A stretch of DNA of 64,000 bases, from contig MWCI01000008.1 of assembly GCA_002069965.1 (NCBI GenBank), positions 6,910 to 70,909 of the forward strand, given 5' to 3'. Below are positions 37,201 through 45,436 of the stretch, one piece after another. Position numbers and translations under genes: made by a program. The first letter of the stretch is position 1; each line of letters opens with the position of its first letter. The notes beneath the pieces were generated by a model that searched no databases, was not told the DNA's origin, and saw nothing but the letters and a program-made list of their open reading frames with translations. The DNA is from Spirochaetes bacterium ADurb.Bin218 (GTDB taxonomy: Bacteria > Spirochaetota > UBA4802 > UBA5550).

Positions 37201-38673
37201 TTATCGAAGCCTTACAAATTCAACCTCGCAGGCTGTAGAAGCACCAGCAGTCTGATAAAGGAGATAAAGCCCCTTTTCTTTCAAGGGAGAATTGCTTGCA
37301 GGAGGAACTCTGCCTGCAAGGAGCTCACCATCAACAGAAAAGCTTGCAAACCTTCCATCGCTTGATGAGATCTCAAATATGTGCCACTGAGTTCCATTTA
37401 AAGGAATACTTCTTCCATTAATATCAACCTTGTCCTGATCAAGGGATATGCTAAAGGAGTTATTGCTATCAAAGACATAAGACAATATGACAATTGGATT
37501 TCCAGAGATAAACCTTGCTTTAAGGGCAACAGAAAAATTCTTAGAAACTGCACACCTTCTAAAAAGCCCTGTCACAGCTATTCCCTTTGAATTATATACA
37601 ATAGTGTTCCCACTTTCATTTCTACGAAAATTAACAGCAGAGGCATCGCCACCCATAATATGAGACCAGTTTTCCGGTGTATTTGAATCGCTCCATGAAG
37701 AAAAATTATCATTAAGGCTCCAGATCTCCTCCCCTTGCGCTATGGTAAATTTTTGAATATCAATAGGAGACAAGAACTTACCAAAGATCCATCCACTTAC
37801 ACCACGAAGAGTTGCAACCCTATACCAGTAGTCCCTTGTATCACCAACCTGCATTGTATCCATAGACTTTTCAAGTTGGATGAGGAGTTCATCTTTCACA
37901 GTCTTCCCGGTAATAGCGCTATTTGTTCCTGGAGAATTTCTCAGATTGACACTATCACCGGAGGATATATAAATTCTGGAGACCTCCTGGCTTGAGGGAT
38001 ACCTCACTGCAAAATTTATTATAATATTCTTTACCCTATCCTGCAGTGCCAGAGGGACAACAGTTGCCTCTCTAATTGCATCAAAAATCATGGAAACAAT
38101 TTGAGGTGTGTAAATTGAATTAGGATATCTATCATAGAAAGAAGAGATATGTTCAAAGATCCTTGTGCTGTCATGAATTTTATTCTTCTTTAGTTCAAAA
38201 AAATCCAATTCTTCGAGAAACTGGCTACCCTTATACTTCGCAAAAAACTCATTATAAAACAGACCACGTGAGGCAATTGAGCTTTTCTTTTGCCCAGGTA
38301 CTATAACAAGATCACTTCCAATGCGGGAATTAATCTTATTTAGTTTTGATTGAATCTTATTTGCAGCCTTCTCGTAAGCGGGCTTGTCTTTATTCTCAAG
38401 GGCCATATCTCTTAGTTCATCGTCATAATCCTCTTCAAGTTCGTCAATAAGTCCATTGAGAGCCTTGCATCTATAAAAATAGATCTTCTCAGAGTCATCA
38501 TAATTTGAATAAGGAATAAGCCTATTAAAGATCTCAATGGCCTCAACATAATCACCACTTTCGTATTCATTAATTCCCTTTTTAAGAGAATCCCCTCTGG
38601 TGAAAAAAAAGACTCCAGAGATTATAATTAAAATCACCAAAAGAGCAAGTCCTATAATTGCAGATTTTTTCAT
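37201..38673 (-). CDS. Membrane-anchored protein with TPR-like, SH3b and concanavalin/LamG-like regions (hypothetical)
   Basis: N-terminal TM anchor. The SH3b-like segment runs SGDSVNLRNSPGTNSAITGKTV...YWYRVATLRGVSGWIFGKFL. The C-terminal ~170 aa are beta-rich. Confidence 0.55.
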   Translation of the reverse strand: MKKSAIIGLALLVILIIISGVFFFTRGDSLKKGINEYESGDYVEAIEIFNRLIPYSNYDDSEKIYFYRCKALNGLIDELEEDYDDELRDMALENKDKPAYEKAANKIQSKLNKINSRIGSDLVIVPGQKKSSIASRGLFYNEFFAKYKGSQFLEELDFFELKKNKIHDSTRIFEHISSFYDRYPNSIYTPQIVSMIFDAIREATVVPLALQDRVKNIIINFAVRYPSSQEVSRIYISSGDSVNLRNSPGTNSAITGKTVKDELLIQLEKSMDTMQVGDTRDYWYRVATLRGVSGWIFGKFLSPIDIQKFTIAQGEEIWSLNDNFSSWSDSNTPENWSHIMGGDASAVNFRRNESGNTIVYNSKGIAVTGLFRRCAVSKNFSVALKARFISGNPIVILSYVFDSNNSFSISLDQDKVDINGRSIPLNGTQWHIFEISSSDGRFASFSVDGELLAGRVPPASNSPLKEKGLYLLYQTAGASTACEVEFVRLR

Positions 38674-38693
38674 TAAGCATAAACCTCCCTGTT

Positions 38694-39923
38694 TTAAGAT
38701 AGCTTCCCATTTATCATAATGGGCAAGAGATTGCAGGCCTTTGAAACAAAAAGAGAGGTCTGTGATGCACTTTGCTCATCAAAAGATCTGGCAGCAAACT
38801 TAATCCTCTCTTCCATAAATGAGTTTTCATCAGAAAAAATACAAAAGAGCACAGGGTCTCCTGTGTGAGTTCGCACCTTTACAGGGGTTGGATGATCTGG
38901 CATAAGTAAAATTCTAAAAGAGGGATATTTACTCATAATCTCAAGGACAGGGCCAACTACCTTACTATCAAAATCTTCAATAGCCTGTAGCTTATGTTCG
39001 ATATTGCCCTCATGACCAGACTCATCAGGGGCCTCAACATGCAAAAATACAAAATCTCTTTCACCTATACCCTTTGCAAGGGCATTTACCTTGCCTTTAT
39101 AATTTGTATCAAGATAACCCGTAGCACCCTCAACAAATAAAGGGGAGAGCCCTGCAGCTTTACCTATACCATGAATAAGATCAACAGCTGATATTGTATA
39201 GCCAGTTATTCCATACTTAGAAGAAAGAGGCTCAATTGAAGGCTTTCTTCCTCCACCCCACAACCACACAGAGTGAGGATTACCTTTATATAAACCTCTT
39301 GAATCAATTATTTTTTTAGAGGAGCGGATAATCTCTTCAGATAGAGACATAATCTCCTTTAAGGTCTCAGAGCCTTCTCCAGAGGGTAAAAACTCTCTCA
39401 CCTCCTTTGTCTGAATATCATGAGGAGGAGTTGTTTGCGCAATATTATCGTAAGGGTAATTTCTCCATACAACTATATTTCTGTAAGAGACACCTGGATA
39501 AAACTCAATGTCTTTGATCTTAATGTTTTGAGCCAATTCTTCTATAACAATTCTGGTAAATCTGCTATCAATGTGAGAAGAGGTAAAATCATTCATTATA
39601 CCACCAGAGGCATCAACTATATTGCATCTGAAGGCTACATCCCCCTCAGCAAGCTCAATATCCATGCTAAGAGCCTCAAGGGGAGCTCTACCAGTATAAT
39701 ACATAGCAGGATCATAACCAAAAACTGAAAGATTAGCTGTATCACTTCCTGGAGACATTCCCGCAGGCACAGTTTGAGTTATGCCGCATATACCATTTTT
39801 TGCCATAAAATCCATATTTGGAGTTTTTGCAAATTCAAGAATTGTTTTATTGCCAAGCTCCGGCACAGGCAAATCTGCCATTCCATCGCCAAGAAGGATC
39901 ACATATTTGGTTTTTTCTCTCAT
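38694..39923 (-). CDS. Cofactor-independent phosphoglycerate mutase, archaeal ApgM-type (the family also annotated as proposed homoserine kinase)
   Basis: YVILLGDGMADLPVPELGNKTILEFAKTPNMDFMA, HVEAPDESGHEG and MPDHPTP metal-site motifs. I moved the start to the ATG at 39923. Confidence 0.85.
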   Translation of the reverse strand: MREKTKYVILLGDGMADLPVPELGNKTILEFAKTPNMDFMAKNGICGITQTVPAGMSPGSDTANLSVFGYDPAMYYTGRAPLEALSMDIELAEGDVAFRCNIVDASGGIMNDFTSSHIDSRFTRIVIEELAQNIKIKDIEFYPGVSYRNIVVWRNYPYDNIAQTTPPHDIQTKEVREFLPSGEGSETLKEIMSLSEEIIRSSKKIIDSRGLYKGNPHSVWLWGGGRKPSIEPLSSKYGITGYTISAVDLIHGIGKAAGLSPLFVEGATGYLDTNYKGKVNALAKGIGERDFVFLHVEAPDESGHEGNIEHKLQAIEDFDSKVVGPVLEIMSKYPSFRILLMPDHPTPVKVRTHTGDPVLFCIFSDENSFMEERIKFAARSFDEQSASQTSLFVSKACNLLPIMINGKLS

Positions 39924-40311
39924 AAAATTACCTAAAAAATAAAAATAGATCAAAAATAATAAGATCCATCTATAGCCCTTTTTTAGAATGTGTCAATATT
40001 TATTATATCTCTTAACAATTACAGGCTCTTGACTCTTTCTCAGTTAAATATAATTTAAAAAATTTTCAGTAATTATTCCTAAATATAATTTTTACTGTAA
40101 AATCAAGAAAATATCCCCACTGCCTTCGGCTACTGGGAAGATAGAGTATTTTTATTTTAAAAGAAATTAAGGATAAATACTGAAAAATTTTATAATTGTC
40201 AAAACATGGATAAATTAGCATTATATTTTATAATAAATAATTATAATCAGTTATATTTATACATAAACTACTGTAATAGGATTAAATTTTAGCACCAGAG
40301 GCTGCGAAATT

Positions 40312-40356
40312 ACGAGTAGGGGTTTTTATACCCTTTTGCTCGTTGCTCTTTGAAAA
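40312..40356 (+). promoter_or_regulatory. BoxB-like hairpin plus BoxA-like element in the flaB-1 leader
   Basis: Hairpin ACGAG...CTCGT (40312-40343, with inner GGGT/ACCC) followed directly by TGCTCTTTGAAAA (40344-40356). This matches E. coli rrn BoxA TGCTCTTTAACAA at 11/13. Confidence 0.35.
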
Positions 40357-40491
40357 CTGTATTATGGTGTTTGATTTGCCTGCCCTGCTTGTCTCAAGGG
40401 AGCTGATTCATTTTGTTTCAGCTTTAATATCCCGGTTGTTGTATAGCAGCCTTTACTGGTATGGCCGTCCCTGACTGCCTTCAGGTGCGGT

Positions 40492-40527
40492 CTGGCAAGG
40501 AAGCCAGAAAAAGAAAAACAAAGGAGT
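40492..40527 (+). promoter_or_regulatory. GGA-loop hairpin plus GGA-containing SD (CsrA-type translational operator candidate) for flaB-1
   Basis: CTGGC-AAGGAA-GCCAG hairpin (40492-40507) presents GGA in its loop. The SD AAAGGAGTG (40519-40527) lies 5 nt before the ATG at 40533. Confidence 0.35.
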
Positions 40528-40532
40528 GTAAA

Positions 40533-41387
40533 ATGGTTATTAATCACAACATGAGTGCGATAAACGCCAACAGAACATTAAAATTTTCTCACTGGAGAGT
40601 TAATTCCAGCATGGAAAAGCTCTCATCAGGAGAAAGAATCAACAAAGCCGGAGATGATGCTTCTGGTCTTGCTGTTTCCGAAAAAATGAGGACACAGATA
40701 AATGGCCTCAGACAGGCGGAAAGAAATACAGAGGACGGTATGTCCTTTGTTCAGACAGCAGAAGGGTATCTCAACCAGACATCAATGATCATTCAGAGGA
40801 TCAGAGTGCTGGCTGTTCAGTCTGCAAACGGAATTTACTCCAATAGCGACAGACAGCTCATTCAGGTTGAAGTTTCGGCTCTTGTTGACGAGGTTGACAG
40901 AACTGCTTCTCAGGCTGAATTTAACAGATTCAAGATCCTGATGGGCGAGTTCTCAAAAGTTAATCCAAAGGCAAGCATGTGGTTTCACATGGGAGCAAAT
41001 CAAAACCAGAGGGAGAGAGTGTTTATTGGAACAATGACTGCTGCATCTTTCAAATTTAAAGATGCTACAGGAAAGGTTACTCTATCGCTTGAAACTCCTG
41101 AAGGTGCAAACCAGGCAATTGGAGTTCTCGATGAAGCACTGCAGAGATTATCCAAGCAGAGAGCTGATCTTGGAGCTTACTACAACAGGCTCGACTTTGC
41201 TGCAAAAGGGCTTATGACTGCCTATGAAAATATTCAGGCATCTGAGTCCCGAATAAGAGATGCTGACATGGCTGAAGAGATGGTGAACTTCACCAAGGAT
41301 CAGGTCCTTGTTCAAAGCGGCACATCGATGCTTGCTCAGGCTAATATCCAGAATCAGTCTATTCTGAGATTGCTTGGTTCAATATAA
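40533..41387 (+). CDS. flaB: Flagellin, spirochaete FlaB core-filament type
   Basis: [83 protein letters not shown] and MLAQAN. I moved the start to the ATG at 40533 behind the SD. The track N-terminal extension is leader sequence. Confidence 0.95.
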   Translation: MVINHNMSAINANRTLKFSHWRVNSSMEKLSSGERINKAGDDASGLAVSEKMRTQINGLRQAERNTEDGMSFVQTAEGYLNQTSMIIQRIRVLAVQSANGIYSNSDRQLIQVEVSALVDEVDRTASQAEFNRFKILMGEFSKVNPKASMWFHMGANQNQRERVFIGTMTAASFKFKDATGKVTLSLETPEGANQAIGVLDEALQRLSKQRADLGAYYNRLDFAAKGLMTAYENIQASESRIRDADMAEEMVNFTKDQVLVQSGTSMLAQANIQNQSILRLLGSI

Positions 41388-41414
41388 AAAAACCGTAATA
41401 CAGTGGAAGAAGTT

Positions 41415-41439
41415 ACGAGTAAACCTCGTTCTTTGAAAA
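41415..41439 (+). promoter_or_regulatory. Second BoxB-like hairpin plus BoxA-like element (flaB-1/flaB-2 spacer)
   Basis: ACGAG-TAAAC-CTCGT hairpin (41415-41429) overlaps CGTTCTTTGAAAA (41427-41439). It shares AA(A/G)TTACGAGTA and CTCGTT..CTTTGAAAA with the copy at 40312-40356. Confidence 0.35.
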
Positions 41440-41500
41440 TTAACCAGTCCCGACCCTCCCTTAAGAGGGGCGGGCTGTTCATTCCTGAAACTTGCCATTT

Positions 41501-41550
41501 ATTCCGGCAGCCTGTAATGTCGGGAGGGCATTACTGGTTGCCGGAATTTT
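41501..41550 (+). other. Long GC-rich stem-loop with a GGGAGG loop and a short T-tract (attenuator or terminator-like) in the flaB-2 leader
   Basis: ATTCCGGCAGCCTGTAATG (41501-41519) pairs with CATTACTGGTTGCCGGAAT (41529-47), giving about 18 bp with one mismatch and one G-U. The loop is TCGGGAGGG, followed by TTTC. Confidence 0.5.
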
Positions 41551-41710
41551 CGGCGCCATAAGTTGTCAGGATACTGGGCAGTCCTGCAACCTCAATAAGG
41601 AGAAAACCTTCGGGCTTTTAAGCCCCGGATGAGGCATGATGCTTATCCGAAAAACCCATTCCCCATAAAAAGACAGTGTGGGAATTGGAAAAAACCAAGG
41701 GAGGGTTAAC

Positions 41711-42553
41711 ATGAGAATCAATCATAACATGAGCGCCGTGTTTGCAAACAGGCAGATGCAGAATGTTGCTGCAAGGATGGACAAGTCTATTGAAAAGCTC
41801 GCATCTGGTGAAATGATCAACCGTGCAGGTGATGACGCTTCCGGTCTTGCTGTATCAGAAAAGATGAGAACCCAGATCAATGGACTCATCCAGGCCGAAA
41901 AAAACGCACAGAACGGGCTTTCATTCATACAGGTGGCAGAGGGGGCTTTTCAGCAGCTTAATGATATTATGCAGCGTATAAGGTCGCTGGCTGTTCAGTC
42001 TGCTAATGGAATTTATTCCAATAGCGACAGAATGCAGATTCAGGTTGAGGTATCTCAACTTATTGATGAGGTGGACCGTATTGCTACATCTGCTGAATTT
42101 AACAGGTTGAAGATGCTGACAGGAGCTTTTTCAAGGAAGAGTAAGACTGCCAGCATGTTCTTCCAGGTTGGTGCAAATAGCAATCAGCGGATCAGGGTCT
42201 ACATCACAACCATCAATGCAAGGGCATTGAATCTCATTGAGAATGGTGTAAAGAGATCTATCTCAACTGTAGGGCAGGCAAACTCCATGATAGGCTTTGT
42301 AGATACAGCCCTGGAGAAACTGAACAGGCAAAGAGCAGATCTGGGAGCATATTATAATAGGCTCGAAAACACCATAAAGGCTCTTGCTCTCTCTTATGAG
42401 AATATGATGGCTGCAGATTCAAGGATCCGCGATGTTGACATGGCGGCTGAGATGGTTAATTTTACAAGGGACCAGATTCTCGTTCAAACTGGTACTGCGA
42501 TGCTGGCTCAGGCTAATTTTAAGCCAAAGCTAATAATGAAGTTAATAGAATGA
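41711..42553 (+). CDS. flaB: Flagellin, spirochaete FlaB core-filament type (paralogue)
   Basis: [67 protein letters not shown] and MLAQAN. I moved the start to the ATG at 41711 behind AAGGGAGG. Confidence 0.95.
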   Translation: MRINHNMSAVFANRQMQNVAARMDKSIEKLASGEMINRAGDDASGLAVSEKMRTQINGLIQAEKNAQNGLSFIQVAEGAFQQLNDIMQRIRSLAVQSANGIYSNSDRMQIQVEVSQLIDEVDRIATSAEFNRLKMLTGAFSRKSKTASMFFQVGANSNQRIRVYITTINARALNLIENGVKRSISTVGQANSMIGFVDTALEKLNRQRADLGAYYNRLENTIKALALSYENMMAADSRIRDVDMAAEMVNFTRDQILVQTGTAMLAQANFKPKLIMKLIE

Positions 42554-42597
42554 GAATCAAATTTTGTTCCCAGCCGGGCAGTGCGGCATTGGGAACT

Positions 42598-42642
42598 CCT
42601 CTTTCCGGAGTGGGAGCCCGGGAAGAGGGCCAATCTTTTTTT
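42598..42642 (+). terminator. Probable terminator after flaB-2
   Basis: CCTCTTTCCGG (42598-42608) pairs with CCGGGAAGAGG (42618-42628). A T7 run follows at 42636-42642. A second hairpin, GTTCCCA...TGGGAAC (42566-42596), precedes it. Confidence 0.5.
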
Positions 42643-42694
42643 AAAAATTTTAATAAGGGAGGATTAAAATTTAAAAACCACAAGGAGGTAAGTC

Positions 42695-43033
42695 ATGAAC
42701 GTAATGAATATTGTTGAAAGCTTCAACAACCAAATGGCTTTACAACTTCAAAACAACTCACGAAAACCCGTGGAGGTGAAAGCTGAAGAAAATAAGCAAA
42801 CAAACCTTAAGCCTGAGGATATAAAATCAGCAGTTGCAGCCTTAAACAGGCTTGTTATAAACTTTAACGAAAAGGTTCAGTTTGCACTTGATGATAAAAC
42901 CAATAAGGTGATCATCAAGTTTATTGATAAGGACACAAATGAGGTAATAAGCGAAATTCCTTCAAAATACTCCCTAAAGCTTCTTGAACATTTTCAAGAG
43001 TCAATGGGATTATTTGTTGATGAATCTCGATAA
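42695..43033 (+). CDS. flaG: Flagellar protein FlaG
   Basis: 112 aa. LNRLVINFNEKVQFALDDKTNKVIIKFIDKDTNEVISEIPSKYSLKL matches the FlaG family core. The position between flagellin and fliD is typical. Confidence 0.8.
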   Translation: MNVMNIVESFNNQMALQLQNNSRKPVEVKAEENKQTNLKPEDIKSAVAALNRLVINFNEKVQFALDDKTNKVIIKFIDKDTNEVISEIPSKYSLKLLEHFQESMGLFVDESR

Positions 43034-43180
43034 TTATCTCAACTAATTAAAATTAAGCAACAATTTAGCTGCTTAGTAATTCTTTGCCCAAATTTTTATG
43101 CAGAAATTAAAATTTCCGCACGATACCTTTTTGACCACAAAAAAACACCAAAGAAAAAATTTGTTTTGATACCTTTTGCT

Positions 43181-43207
43181 TATTATTTTTTCATATACTA
43201 CCGATAA
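43181..43207 (+). promoter_or_regulatory. Possible sigma-28-type promoter for fliD
   Basis: TATTATTT, 11 nt, ACCGATAA (5/8 and 7/8 to consensus), 64 nt upstream of the fliD ATG. Confidence 0.4.
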
Positions 43208-43271
43208 CTTATATATTAAGGGAATTATGTCTTTAAAAGCTAAGTTCTCTTAATAGTAAGGGAGGTTTTCA

Positions 43272-45281
43272 ATGCCTTTTACAATGGGTGGAGTAGCATC
43301 TGGGGTCGATACTGATTCCATTATTAATAAACTGATTGAGGTTGAGTCCCAGCCTATAAAGCAATTGCAGAGAGACAAGGTCCTCAATAATCAAAAAAAG
43401 GAAGCTCTCCGCAAATTGAGTTCACAGCTTAAGGAACTTGACGCAAAGGCGCGGGAGCTCTATGGATTCAGAGCAGCCTATGATGAAAAAAAAGCTATAT
43501 CTTCTGATCCCTCTGTGATTGAGGCAACTGCTTCTAAACATGCAGATTCAGGCTCGACAAAAATAGAAGTTTTACAACTGGCATCAAACCATAAAATCTC
43601 TACAGATCCCCTGCCCCCTGATAAAAAACTTCCAGCAGGGAAATTCACAATAACTGTAAAGGATATTGAAAAGAAAATATCCTTCAAGGGAGGTGGACTT
43701 AAATCTCTAAACGAAGCAATAAAAGAAGAGGCTGAGGAGATTGTAAATACAGACTACATCAACACAGATGGCACCAACTATATAATTTCAATAACATCAA
43801 AGGTCCCAGGCAAAAAGGGACAGATTATAGTCAATGGCTCAGAGGAACTGCTTAGAGCCGCTGGACTGATAAATGGGGAAAAGATCTCATCAAAAGAAGA
43901 AAACCCTCTTGTCTTTGATCGAAAATTCTTCTCCTCTTATGAGGGAGAAAAAAAGCCCATTGAGCAAAACGGGGTCCTTGATATAGATAAAACTGGGAAG
44001 GAATTAAAAATAAAGGGACTTCTATGGCAGGAGTATGAATTACCTGCAAAATTCCCTGTCAAAAAAGAAACAACTCTTAAATTTAATTTTTCTTACTCCA
44101 AAGAAGAAGAGGAGCAGGTTCCTCTTAAAATAGAAACTGGGCCAGAAGAAGAGATCAATGTCAAAGGTATAAAACTAAAAAGTTATAATATCTCACGGAT
44201 AAGACCACTATCAAAAAAAGAGGAGATGAAGTTTGATTCAATTACTGGAATTGGAGTAATTGCACTGGACAATGACAAAAAAATTGAAAAATTTTATACC
44301 CTTGAAAAGGACTCTGCTAAAAATCAGGAAATTCCAGTAGGAAAGGATCTGGAAGGCAAAGAGATAAAAAGTATTGTCTTTTATTGCAATGACGGAACAG
44401 CTACTTTTGCAGATACATCTCTATATACAGTTATAAAACAGAAAGGAGATTTTGAGTTAAAAAATATAATAGCAAAGGCAGAAAACGCAAAAGTCAAAAT
44501 TGATGGAATCGAGATTGAGAGGGAACAAAATGATGGACTGACTGATGTAGTAAAAGGACTTACCTTAAACCTAAAAAATAGATCAGAGTCTCCTGTCGAG
44601 TTAAAGGTTGAGCCAGACATTGACAAGCCAATTCAAAAGATAAAAGAGTTTGTAGACACCTATAACAAATATCTTGAACTTCACAAAGCACTAACAAAGG
44701 CTGTAAAGGTTGATAAGCCAGGTGAATCAGAGAAACTTCAAGAAAGCGGTCTTTTTATGGGAGATATGACAATCATACGCCTTGAAAACTCTCTCAAAAC
44801 TGCTATAGGAGCAAGCTACCCCAGCAGAAACGAAAACCCAATAAAGATGTTTTCTCAAATTGGGGTATCCACAGGAAAGGTAAACTCAAGCTGGGAAAGC
44901 ATAAAAGAGGGCAAACTGCAGATCGATGAAGAACTTTTAAGAAAAGCTATAATTGAAAATCCAGAGGGAGTGAAAGAATTTTTTGGAAGCGATACTGATG
45001 GTGACAATAAAATAGATAATGGCATGGCATTTACTCTTATCAGAACTCTTTCACCATATATATCTGCAGGGAAAAATATAATCCAGACAAAGATAGATTT
45101 TGAGGATCAATCTATTAAAAGCAAAGATGAAAAAATAGCTCAACTGGAAAATCACATTAAGCAATATGAACAAAAGCTCAGAACAAAATTTGCCACCATG
45201 GAAAAATCCATCTCTGGAGCAAAGGCACAGCAAAATTGGATGAAAAGCCAGATGGGAAATAACTCTGATGCCGAAAAATAA
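43272..45281 (+). CDS. fliD: Flagellar filament cap protein (hook-associated protein 2)
   Basis: The N-terminal GVASGVDTDSIINKLIEVESQPIKQLQ and the C-terminal coiled coil with KFATMEKSISGAKAQQNWM are the conserved FliD N and C regions. Confidence 0.9.
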   Translation: MPFTMGGVASGVDTDSIINKLIEVESQPIKQLQRDKVLNNQKKEALRKLSSQLKELDAKARELYGFRAAYDEKKAISSDPSVIEATASKHADSGSTKIEVLQLASNHKISTDPLPPDKKLPAGKFTITVKDIEKKISFKGGGLKSLNEAIKEEAEEIVNTDYINTDGTNYIISITSKVPGKKGQIIVNGSEELLRAAGLINGEKISSKEENPLVFDRKFFSSYEGEKKPIEQNGVLDIDKTGKELKIKGLLWQEYELPAKFPVKKETTLKFNFSYSKEEEEQVPLKIETGPEEEINVKGIKLKSYNISRIRPLSKKEEMKFDSITGIGVIALDNDKKIEKFYTLEKDSAKNQEIPVGKDLEGKEIKSIVFYCNDGTATFADTSLYTVIKQKGDFELKNIIAKAENAKVKIDGIEIEREQNDGLTDVVKGLTLNLKNRSESPVELKVEPDIDKPIQKIKEFVDTYNKYLELHKALTKAVKVDKPGESEKLQESGLFMGDMTIIRLENSLKTAIGASYPSRNENPIKMFSQIGVSTGKVNSSWESIKEGKLQIDEELLRKAIIENPEGVKEFFGSDTDGDNKIDNGMAFTLIRTLSPYISAGKNIIQTKIDFEDQSIKSKDEKIAQLENHIKQYEQKLRTKFATMEKSISGAKAQQNWMKSQMGNNSDAEK

Positions 45282-45436
45282 AAATTTACTGTTTCAAAAA
45301 TAATACTCAAAGAAAAGCTTGCCAAAAACTTGAAGATAATTTAATTCTTTATTATAATGTAATAAGCACAATTAATGGCTCTATATTCATTTTTGTGTCA
45401 TAGGCAAAAGGCGATTTATAATATTCGGAGGAATAA

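Noticed and set aside
40283-40311. A possible sigma-28 promoter for flaB-1 (TAAATTTT-N13-GCGAAATT). I also searched for sigma-54 (TGGCAC-N5-TTGC) promoters upstream of both flagellins.
   Set aside because: The -35 half is good, but the -10 half matches GCCGATAA poorly and the spacing is off. TGGGCAGTCCTGCAA at about 41575 has the wrong GG-GC spacing for sigma-54. The flagellin promoters therefore remain unidentified.
40478-40510. CAGGTGCGGTCTGGCAAGGAAGCCAG resembles the conserved domain-IV core of SRP (4.5S) RNA (CAGGUCCGGAAGGAAGCAGCC).
   Set aside because: Only a short partial match. It lacks the symmetric and asymmetric loop context and the long closing helix of SRP RNA. It sits immediately upstream of the flaB SD, so it is better explained as a leader hairpin.
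40362-40547. A 61-aa minus-strand ORF, and the 24-codon N-terminal extension of flaB-1 (40461-40532) shown in the track.
   Set aside because: Both lie in the structured flaB-1 leader. The conserved flagellin N-terminus MVINHNMSA starts at the ATG at 40533, directly behind a strong SD. The same logic applies to the GTG extension of flaB-2 (41678-41710).
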